Of a stretch of 35,579 nucleotides of DNA, positions 11,765 through 24,384 are shown one piece after another. Both the position numbers and the translations under genes were made by a program. Location: positions 1-35,579 of the forward strand of contig NW_021828054.1 of the NCBI RefSeq assembly GCF_006345805.1. Direction: 5' to 3'. Every line of letters begins with the position of its first letter. Positions within the stretch are counted from its first letter, which is position 1. The stretch comes from Octopus sinensis. Taxonomy: Eukaryota. The notes under the pieces were generated by a model that saw only the letters and a list, made by a program, of their open reading frames with translations, searched no databases and was not told the DNA's origin.

Positions 11765-12130
11765 GAGAGAGGGAAAAATAAATCATATATACGCGTGTGT
11801 GTATAAATGTTAAATCTTAAAAGAAAAGTAACAAAAATTGATTTCACTATTTGCGTTCTGAGTTCCTTTCCTGTCGAACTCCCCTTTGCCTTTCATTTCT
11901 CAGAGGTGCTGAAGTCCAATTACTCGACTTTCGACCTTCCCCACAAAAACACAACCACTGGCCTTGTACCTAATCCAGAAACCACTTAGTAGGTGGCAAT
12001 CTAGGATTTTAGGACAAAGAATTGCTACGCGGTGTCATATGTAATCATGTATGATTATACAAAGATGCATGAGGATATATATACATACACAAACGCGCAC
12101 AAATATGTGTGTGTATGAGTGTGTGTGTGC
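11765..12130 (+). repeat. Local direct repeat D, copy 1 (contains a diverged SINE B)
   Basis: About 370 bp matching 15163-15545, including non-SINE flanks (agggaaaaataaatcat...; gaattgctacgcggtgtcatatgtaatcatgtatg). Confidence 0.85.
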
Positions 12131-12211
12131 ACATGAGTGTGTGTATCTATGTACATTTGTATATATATATGTATATATATGTATATTTGTATATATATAC
12201 ATATATATGTA

Positions 12212-12272
<61 letters not shown>

Positions 12273-12454
12273 GTATGTATGTATATATGTATGTACAAGC
12301 GAGCGTGTGTCTACATGCGTGTGTGAATACATGCACATATGTACGAAGCGAAACATTCACACACACACACACACGTATATATATAGGTATATAAATACAT
12401 AGATATATATTCATACGCATTTAGATGTATACACACGCATATATGTGTATTCTT

Positions 12455-12700
12455 TTTCTTTAATTCTTTTACTTGTTGAAGTCATTTGCCTGCGCCCATG
12501 CTGGAGCACTATATCAAAAGCCTTGAAGCCCAATAAATTGACATCAGGGTATATTATTTGTAAGCCAAATACTTATTTTATTGGCCTCTTTTGCCGAACC
12601 GCAATGTTAAGGAGGGGAGCGTAAAAAACCTGCTGTCAAGATATGAAAGGGTAACAAACATAGTCGCAAAGACAGAAACACACATACACAAACAAACTCA
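12455..12700 (-). mobile_element. SINE family A 3' part, diverged
   Basis: ccatgctggagcac...ttgccgaaccgc...acagaaacacac matches the 3' halves of the 26204 and 27767 copies. Confidence 0.65.
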
Positions 12701-12713
12701 CACATATATGCAT

Positions 12714-12752
<39 letters not shown>

Positions 12753-12926
12753 TAAGAAAGTTTGTTTGGTAAAGCACGTGGGTGAATATATAAGAAAATA
12801 GTAAAGAGTGAAAAAACGACAGAAGGCTTAAATATTAAAAAATATATATATTTGTGTGAAAATGTCTGGAGAATATTCGAAAAATTTTTTTCCTTTCCTT
12901 AAAATGACATAATTTTATAATTTTTA

Positions 12927-12965
12927 AAGAAATACCGGTTTCGCGTGTAGCTTTTCAAATTTCTT
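12927..12965 (-). ncRNA. Minimal hammerhead-like motif, variant core (left arm copy)
   Basis: Reverse complement of the 14832-14870 motif, identical sequence. Confidence 0.5.
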
Positions 12966-13099
12966 GTGACGTTATGTTTATATTGCATGGAGTTATCGTT
13001 GTGTTTATTTTCAGGAGATTTCTAAATAAGGGGAGGTAGTGAGTGATTTCTTCCGGTGTAAGGGAGATAATCGCTTAAAAATTTTTTTCCTTTCCCTTG

Positions 13100-14010
13100 T
13101 TAATTTCTCTGTATCAGTATGTTCGGATGGTTGAGTCTGGGTTTGTACTTTTCAATGAAGAATGTTTCCTTGTTCAGTCTCATTTGTGTTGATAATCCGA
13201 AAGCACATTGGTAAAATGGGAAGATTAAAAATTGTGGCAGTAGTTGCTTTGCGCATTTCTCAATGTGCTCACTAAAAGGTATCATTCTATATTCTGGGAA
13301 TGCAATCTGTTGTCGATGCAGTGTGCATCTACGCCTGAGTGATAGTCCCGTGGAACCCACGTAGTCTTGGTGGCAGCCCGAGCATTTAATGACATAAATT
13401 ATGTTTTCAGAGGCACAAGTAAAGTTAGATTTGATCTTGAATTTTTGTCCCTCTTTAAAGAGGAATTCTGATCCTTCTAGCAGGTTAGGGCATGTTGCAC
13501 AGTTCGATCTACCATATTTTTTTACTTTTGCATCCGTAGTTTCAGAAGACAATTTTGCCTTTGTGAGAATCTTCTTAAGTGATTTAGGCTGTTTGTAGCT
13601 TTTAATGATTTGGTGTATGTTTAGAATTTCCTTTAATTTTGGGTTTTTATGAAGTATTGGTAAATTCTGGGTGATGATGGTGAAGGCTTCTTTGTTTCTG
13701 GGGTTGTATGTAGATATATAAGGTAGTATTTTCGGGGAAGGTGTGTTGTTGTGTTGAACTTTTCTTAAAGTTTCTATGTTGATTTCTGTTGCACGTCTGA
13801 TCCCATCCTCTAAGAGTTGAGCTGGGTAATGTCTGTCAATTAGGGTGTTTTTGAGTTCTTGCAGTCTAAAGTTCCTGGTATTTTGTTCTGACACTATTGT
13901 GCATATCCTTCTTGCAAGGTTGAAGGGGATGTTTGTTTTAGTGTGTCTTGGGTGGCATGAATTAAAAAGAAGGTATTGTTTGGCGTCTGTGGCTTTGTAA
14001 AAAATGTCTT
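13100..14010 (-). pseudogene. PLE ORF 3' portion: RT thumb, Cys linker, GIY-YIG endonuclease (5'-truncated)
   Basis: DIFYKATDAKQYLLFNSCHPRHTKTNIPFNLARRI (thumb); (Y)GRSNCATC linker; IIYVIKCSGCHQDYVGST..LRRR..LH...SEH...NKETFFIEKYKPRLN (GIY-YIG with CCHH motif). The ATG at 14023 is a junction artefact. Confidence 0.9.
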
Positions 14011-14684
14011 CAGAAATCAACATAGAAACTTTAAGAAAAGTTCAACACAACAACACACCTTCCCCGAAAATACTACCTTACATATCTACATACAACCCCA
14101 GAAACAAAGAAGCCTTCACCATCATCACCCAGAATTTACCAATACTTCATAAAAACCCAAAATTAAAGGAAATTCTAAACATACACCAAATCATTAAAAG
14201 CTACAAACAGCCTAAATCACTTAAGAAGATTCTCACAAAGGCAAAATTGTCTTCTGAAACTACGGATGCAAAAGTAAAAAAATGTGGTAGATCGAACTGT
14301 GCAACATGCCCTAACCTGCTAGAAGGATCAGAGTTCCTCTTTAAAGAGGGACAAAAATTCAAGATCAAATCTAACTTTACTTGTGCCTCTGAAAACATAA
14401 TTTATATCATTAAATGCTCGGGCTGCCACCAAGACTACGTGGGTTCCACGGGACTATCACTCAGGCGTAGATGCACACTGCATCGACAACAGATTGCATT
14501 CCCAGAATATAGAATGATACCTTTTAGTGAGCACATTGAGAAATGCGCAAAGCAACTACTGCCACAATTTTTAATCTTCCCATTTTACCAATGTGCTTTC
14601 GGATCATCAACACAAATGAGACTGAACAAGGAAACATTCTTCATTGAAAAGTACAAACCAGACTCAACCATCCGAACATACTGA
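14011..14684 (+). pseudogene. Inverted PLE ORF copy: Cys linker and GIY-YIG endonuclease, frameshifted at the C-terminus
   Basis: Same protein as the left arm with intact CGRSNCATC, but a 1-bp deletion near 14657 changes KPRLN to KPDSTIRTY*. Confidence 0.9.
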
Positions 14685-14831
14685 TACAGAGAAATTAACA
14701 AGGGAAAGGAAAAAAATTTTAAGCGATTATCTCCCTTACACCGGAAGAAATCACTCACTACCTCCCCTTATTTAGAAATCTCCTGAAAATAAACACAACG
14801 ATAACTCCATGCAATATAAACATAACGTCAC

Positions 14832-14870
14832 AAGAAATTTGAAAAGCTACACGCGAAACCGGTATTTCTT
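14832..14870 (+). ncRNA. Minimal hammerhead-like motif, variant core (right arm copy)
   Basis: aagaaa-t-TTGAAAA-gc-tacac-gc-GAAA-ccgg-TA-tttctt: stem I aagaaa/tttctt, 2-bp stem II, palindromic stem III ACCGGT, GUA triplet, U3-A8 in place of C3-G8; one extra T before the core. Located in a PLE 3' UTR, where minimal hammerheads are known to occur. Confidence 0.5.
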
Positions 14871-15002
14871 TAAAAATTATAAAATTATGTCATTTTAAGG
14901 AAAGGAAAAAAATTTTTCGAATATTCTCCAGACATTTTGACACAAATATATATATTTTTTAACATTTAAGCCTTCTGTCGTTTCTTCACTCTTTACTATT
15001 TT

Positions 15003-15121
<119 letters not shown>

Positions 15122-15162
15122 AAAGAACTTTTTCCGTTTCCGTCTAACTAATCCACTCGTAA

Positions 15163-15545
15163 GAGGGAAAAATAAATCATATATATATGTGTGTGTGTAG
15201 ATACAAATGTTAAATTTTAAAAGAAAAGTAACAAAAATTGATTTGTCTATTTGCGTTCTGAGTTCCTTTCCTGTCGAACTCACCTTTGCCTTTCACTTCT
15301 CAGAGGTGTTGAAATCCAATTAGTCGACTGTCCACCTCCCCCACAAAAACATAACCACTGGCCTTGTACCTAAGCCAGAGACAACATTATATGAGCGGCA
15401 ATCTAGTATTTCAGGACAAAGAATTGCTACGCGGTGTCATATGTAATCATGTATGGTATATAAAGATGCATGAGGATATATATACATACACAAATACGGA
15501 CAAATATATGAGTGTGTATGAGTGTGTGTACATGAGTGTGTGTAT
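15163..15545 (+). repeat. Local direct repeat D, copy 2
   Basis: Matches 11765-12130 with scattered substitutions and small indels. Confidence 0.85.
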
Positions 15546-15799
15546 ATATGACTTCAGTTTTAATTTTTAAAAGAAATTAAATAAGTTTTATCAACTTATC
15601 TGAATATTGTATTGCCTCATATAAGTTTTTTGTCTCACGTTCCAGCAGCTATCCGATAAGTATACTGAATGAAATACCCGGTGGTAATAATTCTCTATAT
15701 TTTTTTTAAACGAGAGTGCCAGTATTTCCCCTTGATGTATGTGATTGGCTGAAATTCTTTAATATCCGGAAAATAAATCCATTTTCCAGCTATCCACCA

Positions 15800-16700
15800 T
15801 TCCTACACGTCAAGTGTTGAAATGGTCACTGTGTAACATGAGATGAAGTGTTCTGCGCACAATACACCTCTCGGTCCTGTATTTGAAATCACGACCTTGT
15901 TATCGTGAATAGCATCCCTAATCACGATTTTCATGTGTTCTCGACTTCTTTTATTTTACCAAAACTTTAATTTTCATATGTCCTGACAACACCCAGAGAA
16001 TATTCTTATCTACTTGACGCTTTTCTAAAACAAACGCCATTGTTTTTGTCGATTATTGGGATGGCGATATCTGCTCAAAGATACGACCTCATCTCTCTAG
16101 TTACTAAAATGCAAACCCGACGAATTTTCCTCGTTTCCCAGAATATATTTCAGTTGTTTCTAAAGAATGCTTGTTGTTCACTGGTGACAAGACTATGATC
16201 AGAGGAGTTTCGGTCATGATCATCCCGTCGATTCACTTATACTGCAATGTGTGTTGTGTCCTTTCCGTGGTTAAGACGGTAGAGAGTGAGACAATGGAAT
16301 ATCATTGTCTCAAATGCCTACGACAGGGCTGATAGCGCAAATGTTCAAGTAATGGACATTCATTAGTCCTGAAACCTACATCTTCAATAATTATTGTAAT
16401 ACATCACATGATGTGGATGTTAATTTTCATAGCTCTCTCCGAAATATAAGTCCGACCTTACTATCAAGATGAACCATCAATTTATTAAATGACATCCAGG
16501 ACTGAATTATTCTGCTACTTGCAGAAGAATGAAAGTGATATTCTACGTGGTTTACTCTCCATGTGTGTTTAGCATATTGTAACTTTCATGTACATGGGTT
16601 ATCTCAAGTACAACATACCCTCGAATATTTAGGGGCGTCCATTTCACCCTGTGTAACTTGTCGCAGGACTCACACGGCAGATGCAGGTATTAGAGGGTAA
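15800..16700 (+). mobile_element. Ancient LINE (RTE-like) RT remnant
   Basis: Collinear decayed motifs IVFVDY (about 16040), CLRQG* (about 16320), DIQD*IILLLAE (about 16490) and LEYLGASIS (about 16620). Confidence 0.4.
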
Positions 16701-16846
16701 AGACGGTACTAATTCCCTAAGTTGTTCACGTGAGCATCCGCATAACAATTTATTATTATTCCATATACACACAACAGTTTAGATTGTGTGAGTACGTTTG
16801 TGTATATATATATATATATATGTAAATTTATATACATATATGTATA

Positions 16847-16919
<73 letters not shown>

Positions 16920-17068
16920 TAATATATATATATATATATTATATATAAATATATGTATATATTAAAGTATATGTTGGCGTCTAAGTGAATGTGTGTGTGT
17001 GTGAGTACATGCAGAAGTGTACGGCGTTCAACATACACACACAGACACACAACACTCACACGTATATG

Positions 17069-17114
<46 letters not shown>

Positions 17115-17116
<2 letters not shown>

Positions 17117-17408
17117 GGCGTAGGAGTGGCTGTGTGGTAAGTAGCTTGTTTACCAACCACATGGTTCAGGGTTCAGTCCCACTGGGTGGCATCTTGGGCG
17201 AGTGTCTTGTACTATAGACTCGGGCGACCAAAGCCTCGTGAGTGGATCTCGTAGATGGAAACTGAAGGATGCCCTGTGGTAAATATGTACATGTTTGGCC
17301 CGAGGCTATAGTAGAAAACACTTACCCAAGCTGCCACACAGTGGGACTGATCTCGGAACCAGGTGGTTGGTAAACAAGCTACTTACCATTCAGCCACTCC
17401 TACGCCTA
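17115..17408. mobile_element. Two SINE family A 5' halves in inverted orientation (17115-17275 +, 17296-17408 -)
   Basis: Termini taggcgtaggagtggctg ... cagccactcctacgccta are exact inverted repeats; A-box TGGCTGTGTGG and B-box-like GGTTCAGTCCC. Confidence 0.85.
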
Positions 17409-17781
17409 CAGTCTCAAAGAATGAAAATTATTTTAGAATTCTCTTTATTATATTTTCCTTACACGCTCCCATACACACACACACATATATATATAGATAT
17501 ATATAACACCTTTTAGCTGAAGGCAGAGATTTATTGCATAGATTAAATTAAAGTATATGAAGAAGACAAGCTTTATATTTTTTATTTCAGGAAAAAATTG
17601 ATTCACAAATTTTGAATTTCCTTGAAATATAAAAATCCAAGACATTTTCTTTCTTTCAAATTTATCAACTATTTTTGAGATTCTTTAAAAACATATAAAC
17701 ATTCTCTTCTTGTAAACATACTTGAAATCCTGGACACAATTTTTATTGTTTATAAAATGATTTGAGAAAACCAGTATATAT

Positions 17782-17990
17782 GTTCGTGTTCATGTATGTA
17801 TGTATGTATGTATGTTCGTATGTATGTATGTATGAATGTATGTTTGTAAGTAAGTATGTATGTATGTATGAATGTATGTATGTATGTTTGTATGTATGTA
17901 TGTATGTATGTATGTATGTTTGTATGTATGTATGTTTGTATGTATGTATGTATGTATGTATATATGTATGTATATATGTATGTATGTGAA
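17782..17990. repeat. (TATG)n microsatellite
   Basis: Tetranucleotide array with variants. Confidence 0.95.
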
Positions 17991-19859
17991 GTATATAAAA
18001 ATTTATATAATGAGCAAGCTATAAAAATATTCTATATATAAAAATTAGTGAGAAAAAGGCAGATTTACAGTAAAAATATAATTACACATTTATTGGATGG
18101 CTGTTGATTCTCAAGAGTTCCTCCGCCCTTTAACGGGTTGTTTTTTTCATGTCCAATAAACACCCTCCTCACCAAGCAAGCTTGGTGTACGTATGTATGT
18201 ATGTATAGAAAATCCATCATTGAAGCATGCTGTAAATGTGTTAGTACCTGATAAACCTGCTACATTTCCGAATATAGTAGTTCCACAAATAGATACACTT
18301 AAAATATGCGCCAGACCTAGAGAGAAATACTGGGGTTCATATGATCGATCGAACATACCAAGTTAATGCTCCTGGATGGCCACGCTTCAATGATTAAAAC
18401 ATCTAACTCACATATTATATAGCTTGAAATCTCTCCACTGCCACCACCATTTAGTCTGTTAATTTATATCCATCTACAAACGTCACACTCACCCTTCAAT
18501 TATTATTCATGTCTTTCTTTCTCATCTACAATCTACACTTTTACATAATTATTTCCATTTCTCTTTCAATTCACTGGACAATTCCACAGAATTCATCAAT
18601 AATATTTCGAAATTTAACAAATTATGATAGATTATTTTTTTCAAATACAATACTTAAATGTAATCTATAAAACTATAATCTTTTTAAACTTAATTGTATG
18701 TTTAACTTAAGTTAATTTTTATCCAGTAACACTATGACCAAAGGCGTTCTAACCATGACTTTCCCATATTCTTTATAATCTAATATGTTAACCTCGCGCT
18801 ACATTTCAGACACTCCGTTGTTGATTCATATTATTGTTTATAATTATTCAAATTTTAAATTTGAAGTAAAACATAAAATCAGTAAAAAAATTTCTTTGAT
18901 TGAAAGACGAAAGAGATAAAATTAGTAGAGTTGTTATTGATATTAATGTAACTCTTTGTATTCTGGTTTCAAATCCTGCTAAGGTCATTTTGATTTTTAT
19001 TATGCAAGTGTTGGTAAAACAAAATTCCAGTCTGAAGTGGTGGTCTTCTGGAATTAGATATTGGACGCGATGCCTTGCATTATTTAATGTAGTCCTATAT
19101 TTTATGAGTTGAAATCCCTATATTAATGTAGACCTACATTTTATGAGTTGAAATGCGTGGTTGGTAAAATTCTCGCTGACTAAGCTTTGAAAAAAAGAAG
19201 TTATCAAAAAACGATTTTTTAAATTTCACTCGAGAGTTAGAGATCCAGTGTTAACTACTTAAAATATTGTATCATTAGATCAACATTTCCTATATTTGCA
19301 TATATAGTGTTTGAACTAGTTCTCGTGGATATTTAACGATGTTAATGAATTATTAAACCATGTTTTAATTAGAATAATTACTTAAAAATATAAACAAAAA
19401 TGAAATATTTACCAGCAAGTTGATCGTTGAGTTTTAGTTTTAGTTTGAATGTGTTTGTCACAGGAACGCTTGGTCAGCTCCGTTAACTTAAGAGCAACTG
19501 CAATTTAAAAATATTCAACGTCATCTCCTCATATAAGAATGCGTGTGTTTATGTGTGTGTGTATGTTCGTGTTTGATATCATGTATATCTATATGTCGTA
19601 GTGTGTATGTCGTCGTGTGCATGTACAATGTAGTGTCTATGTACATATTTGTATGTCACAGAGGGTGTGTATATGTCAGCCAACTACCGCTTGCCTGCTC
19701 TCTGTAAAGAATAACTCCCATGCCAAAACACTCCTAACATTCCTTCATGTCTGCGTCTCATATTACTATATCACCAACGTCATCACATCGCTCCGTCATT
19801 TGACCCATTTTCTTTTCCTTATTTTTTTCGTGGAAAAGCATTTGTAACGCACATACAGA

Positions 19860-19890
19860 CACAACACATGCATATATATATATATATATA

Positions 19891-19967
<77 letters not shown>

Positions 19968-19968
19968 G

Positions 19969-20013
<45 letters not shown>

Positions 20014-20180
20014 ACATACATATTGACACTGCGTGCATATATTCAGAGGTATTGGTAGATACATGCTCTATACACATACATGCAGACACATACGTGCATA
20101 CAGACACACATAGACACATAACACACACACAGACGCACATACACACACAGGCACACACACACTCTATCACACACACATAC
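19860..20180. repeat. (AT)n followed by (CA)n-like microsatellites
   Basis: Direct inspection. Confidence 0.9.
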
Positions 20181-20214
20181 ATGTTAGTTAATTTTTTGGC
20201 TCAAAAAGCAAAAA

Positions 20215-22170
20215 TCAAGGCCATGTAGGAGGACAGGGAGTTATGTACAGGGTGGTGTTCATGTAAAGAGTTCAGGCCACTTGTAGTCAAGGGACACTTT
20301 GAACCGAACGGTCGTCGGCATCTTCACCATCTCGTCTTGCAGCTTATTCCACGGATCCGCAACCCGGACGGAGAAAGCCCCTCTCCTTCGATTGAGATGA
20401 AATCGTCGCAGATAGAGCTTTTTGGAGTGACCCTGCAGCCGACGCTCTGGAGCAGGAGTGAAGAACAGCTCTTTCGAGAGGTTGCACTTTCCGCTTATGA
20501 TGTTGTGGGCAAGAATGAGATCACCACGGCGTCGTCGTTTTTCTAGAGAATAAAGGTCGAGCGTCTTCAGCCTTTCTTCATAAGACAAATTCTTGAGACC
20601 AAGAACCATGCGGGTAGCCAGCTTCTGGGCTCTTTCGATATGCTGTATGTCTTTGAGGAGATAAGGAGAAGAGGCTTGAATCCCGTACTCCAATATGGGT
20701 CTCACCAGCGTGACATAAAGCGGTAGGAATATGGCTGCTGTGAGCATTCCGAATGACCGTCGAATCAAGAACAGAACTCCGCGTGCTTTGTTGGCAGCAT
20801 AGACGCACTGGGCCGAAGGCGAAAAGGAGGAATCCACCAAGATACCCAGGTCCTTTACCTGATAGGTCATCTCCAGCAGCAGACGACCCGGCTCGAAATC
20901 AAGTTGAGTTGCAGTAGGAGAGCCAACAGGCAGATGACAGCACTTTGACACGTTCAGACACAGGTCCCATTCGTTAGACCATCTCCAAGTTTGGTGGAGG
21001 CATCGACGAAGATCTTCTATATCACCGCGAGGAGCGACCAGTTTGACATCGTCGGCAAATAGAAGGGCAAGTCATTTATGAAGACTAAGAACAATAAGGG
21101 CCCAAGCACTGAACCTTGAGGCAAGCCACTGCTCGCACTGGAGACGTCGGACCGCGAACCATTAACTTGGACTTGGAAGGAGCGATCTGAGAGGAAGGCA
21201 CCAACCCATCGTACAATATCCGGATGGAAACTATATGCTTGAAGCTTGACAAGTAATAGGCGGTGGTTTACCGAGTCAAAAGCTTTGGCAAAGTCCAATA
21301 AAACGATGTCAACAGCATCACTATCATCGAGGATGCGTGTCACCAATTCTTCCATTACCAGTAAGCTGGTCAAGCATGATCTTTTCGGCACGAAGCCGTG
21401 TTGGGAATCAGAGATAGAGACTGTGTTTTGGAGGTGGAGCATCATACTTTTCTTAAGGATGGTTTCGAACATCTTGCTGATTATTGATGTAAGGGAAACC
21501 GGTCGGTAGTTAAGCGGGTCTTCGCGGCTCCCTTTCTTGAAAATTGGCCAGATTATAGCTGTTTCCAGTCCGCAGGTATAACACCCGTCGCCAATAACAT
21601 ATTGAATAGACGTGTTAAGGGCTCACAGATGACCGGAGCCAACGCTTTGATAACCCGTGGGTGTAAGCCGTCAGGGCCGTGACCCTTGTTGACATCGAGG
21701 GCTTGAATAACGCGTTCGACTTCGTCCCGCGTAATGACCAATCGAAGCATTGGAGGTAGCGATCTATCAAATGGAGGGGGTTCACGACCATCATCTTGTT
21801 TGAAAATAGTTGAAAAAGCCTCGGCAAATAATTGACTCTGTTGATAAGGGTCCTCAATCGATACGCCTGTTGAGTCTACCAACGTTGCAATTTGGTTGTT
21901 CAAGCGGGAATTCCGTTGGACATGGGCAAAGAGGTTTTTGGATTGCTACTGGCATTTGCCGCGATTCTGTATTCATATCTGAAGCGTTCTTCCTTTTCAA
22001 TTTTCACGGCTCGGTCACGTTGAGTTTGTACACCTTAAAAGCTGCAGTCGAATCCAGATTTTTGAATTCAGCCCAAGCAATATCTCTGAGTCGAAGTTCT
22101 CGTTTAACCTTCTTCGTCAGCCAGGGCTTGTGTTTCTTCTTCTTGGGAAGCCTAACGGGAACTAAATATA
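20215..22170 (-). mobile_element. CR1-clade LINE, 5'-truncated, frameshifted ORF2 (linker plus RT)
   Basis: KPWLTKKVKR linker; KGHGPDGLHP; IWPIFKKGSREDPLNYRPVSLTSI; QHGFVPKRSCLT; LDFAKAFDSVNH; GLPQGSVLGPLLFLVFINDL; LFADDVKL; LYVTLVRPILEY; LYSLEKRRRRGDLI; WNKL. Confidence 0.92.
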
Positions 22171-22212
22171 TATGTAGCTGGAGGAAATCGATTAGTAAAC
22201 AATATTATTTTA

Positions 22213-22764
22213 TGTCGGAGTTAGCAGTTGTAACGATAAAAATTATATATAATTGCATACTGTAGGATGTGAAAGATGAACAATGCATGAAATTTGAAGG
22301 AAATATTTATTTACCGTTACGTTACAATACCTTGCCTCGACGAACAGGTTATAATAAATCCAAAAGCATGCGATATAAAGTTTGTGCTTGTGTCCTCTTC
22401 ATTGTTTAGTAGTAATTACCGAGAGAGATAGAATGATGTTGTAAGAAAACAGAATTAGAGCTAGTGGGAGTTGTAGCGTGTTGTCTCACAGTTGCTGACA
22501 GTAAACTTCATTTCTCGCTCTGACCAAGGTTCTAGGTGGTCAGCCAGACTTCGTTGTCACCAAAGTGACTAACTGATTGAGTCGTCACCATATGACTGGA
22601 CAAGTTGCGTCGTCACCGACTGATTTTTGCTTGGGGTATCCTTGCGTTTATCCAGAAGGATAGATATATCATTGGGAACAATAGATTTAGTTGGTGCTCT
22701 TGTTATCCATATTGTAGCTTTTGGTGATGTAGAATAGGTTAGAAAGGGTCAAGTGATGAAGACA
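22213..22764 (-). mobile_element. Solo-LTR-like element, copy 1
   Basis: TGTC...GACA termini, internal minus-strand AATAAA, homologous to 29802-30331; no clean adjacent TSD. Confidence 0.5.
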
Positions 22765-23070
22765 TTATTTCGGACTAGCTAAAGGCATCTGGAAAATGTA
22801 AAACTGCTGTCACAGAAAAACCATTGTTCTACTGTGTGGAAAGATCTGTTGCACCGTTAGTTTAAATTGAGTTATGGTGGATCGAATCCACTTCATGCAT
22901 GCAAGATCCCCTATTCAGACATGTGTTTGTTTGTTAGAAATGTTGAGCTGATGAACAATAAAATACGGTTTTTTTCCACAAGTTGAGTCGGGCAGACATA
23001 TTTAACGAAACGCATGAATAAATCTTTGCAGTTCACTGTTATTTTTTATTCTTAAATTCTTGTGTATAAG

Positions 23071-24155
23071 TACCGTAATTGCCAGTGTATAAGCCTCACT
23101 CACGATTTTCAGTCCCCGACTGGAGAAAACGTGGGGAAACCGGGAGATAACTGGGACTTATGAAAATAGAGAAATGCGAGATGAATAGAAACTTCAATTT
23201 CATGATGATTTCATACTTAACAAACATTTCCGACTGCAATCATTGATACTCATAATTATTAATGGAAGAAGATAAAGTCCAGGTTTTAAATGTAAGAGAT
23301 AATAAGAGAACGTCTTTTTATTATGTGTATTTATTATGATTTATTCATATTGCGATCTTTATATTCTTTCTTGAAAATGGGTGGTCCTGAAAAGGACCGA
23401 CCCTAATGGGTAGAGACTTCACTCAAAGTCTAAGAACTCTTCGTCGTCAGACCTCGTGGGGTTGATCGTCTGCCAGTTCATCCTCGTCATCGCTGGAGTC
23501 AGAAGAGTCGGTAGAGAGAGCTTCGCCTTCCCATAACATGTCATCTTCCCGTCGAGCGCATTGGAGATGCAACACTTCAGGAAAGCCCATTTTTCTGGAA
23601 TCTCCTCCACGAGCAGATCGTCTGGAATTTCCTCCACTAGCAGGATCCATTTGCAGATCGTCCCCAAGTCTTTCTTCGGACGCCCGGTCGTTGGCCATCC
23701 AATACTCCCAGCGGTGTTTCAGACGGTACTTATACGGTTCGCTGATTGCAACATCAAGGGTTTGAAGAAAGGATGTCATTCCCCCGGTAATCATTGTTAC
23801 GTCGATGTTCAGACGACGTATCTTCACCTTGGTTTCTTCTGACTTGTGGCATCTGAATGCGTCCAGGACCAGGAGACTCCTTCTCTGATGCAGTCCACTG
23901 ATGCGCCGAACCCACACTACACGAAACCAGTCCTCGATGAGTGCCTAGCCCATCCAAGCTTTCGCGTAGGCTTCAACAATGATCCCCTTCCTGAAACTTG
24001 GCGTCTTTGGATAGTATCTTCCTCTTAAAAATTACCTACGGTAGCAGCTTTCCCCTCATCAGCCGTGCAAGCCAGGATCATCGTAAAACCGACTTTCTAG
24101 TGGCCCTTCGTGACGATTTCTATTGTCTTCTCCCTTTTCTCAGGAATAGTTCTTT
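23071..24155 (-). mobile_element. pogo/Tigger-like transposon (DDE_1 domain), defective, 5' part lost
   Basis: TKGH*KVGFTMILACTAD; LLVLDAFRCHKS; GGMTSFLQTLDVAISEPYK; acidic tail; terminus TA-CCGTA...GTATAAG at 23071. Confidence 0.85.
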
Positions 24156-24159
24156 CTAC

Positions 24160-24375
24160 TACGGCTGCCAGCTGGCAGAAACGTTAGGACACCAGGCAAA
24201 AGTGCTTAGCGGCATTTCGTCCGTCTCAAAGTTTTGCCTTCAAATACCGCCAGGGTCAACGTTTCTTCTCATCCTTTCGAGGATGATACATTAAGTACCA
24301 GTCAAGTTGTGGCGTCGAAGTAATCGAAGGACCCATGCCCCCAAAATTTCAGGCCTTGTGCCTATTGTTATTGCT
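24160..24375 (+). mobile_element. SINE family B, sense copy
   Basis: ggctgccagctggcagaaacgttag...gcttagcggcatttcgtccgtc...ccccaaaatttcaggccttgtgcctat. Confidence 0.75.
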
Positions 24376-24384
24376 TTCAAGATT

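Noticed and set aside
12035-12420. Y/I/C/V/M/H/T-rich ORFs here and at 19758-20228, 24710-28186, 28899-29850, 31153-31617
   Set aside because: Microsatellite translations open in several frames on both strands.
13100-14684. Naiad-type permuted or selenoprotein PLE, or a domesticated nuclease gene
   Set aside because: Domain order is canonical (RT then EN), there is no in-frame TGA, and both ORFs are 5'-truncated with artefactual starts.
16287-16312. Perfect 10-bp hairpin tgagacaatg/cattgtctca
   Set aside because: Isolated, lies in a decayed RT remnant, and is plausible by chance in 35 kb.
17115-17200. tRNA genes at SINE heads
   Set aside because: A/B-box-like motifs only; no cloverleaf, and they continue into SINE bodies.
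24200-24230. DEMPL read as the pogo first catalytic DE(T)PL motif
   Set aside because: The nucleotides (gacgaaatgccgctaagc on the minus strand) belong to the SINE B copy, and the spacing to the next pogo motif is too long.
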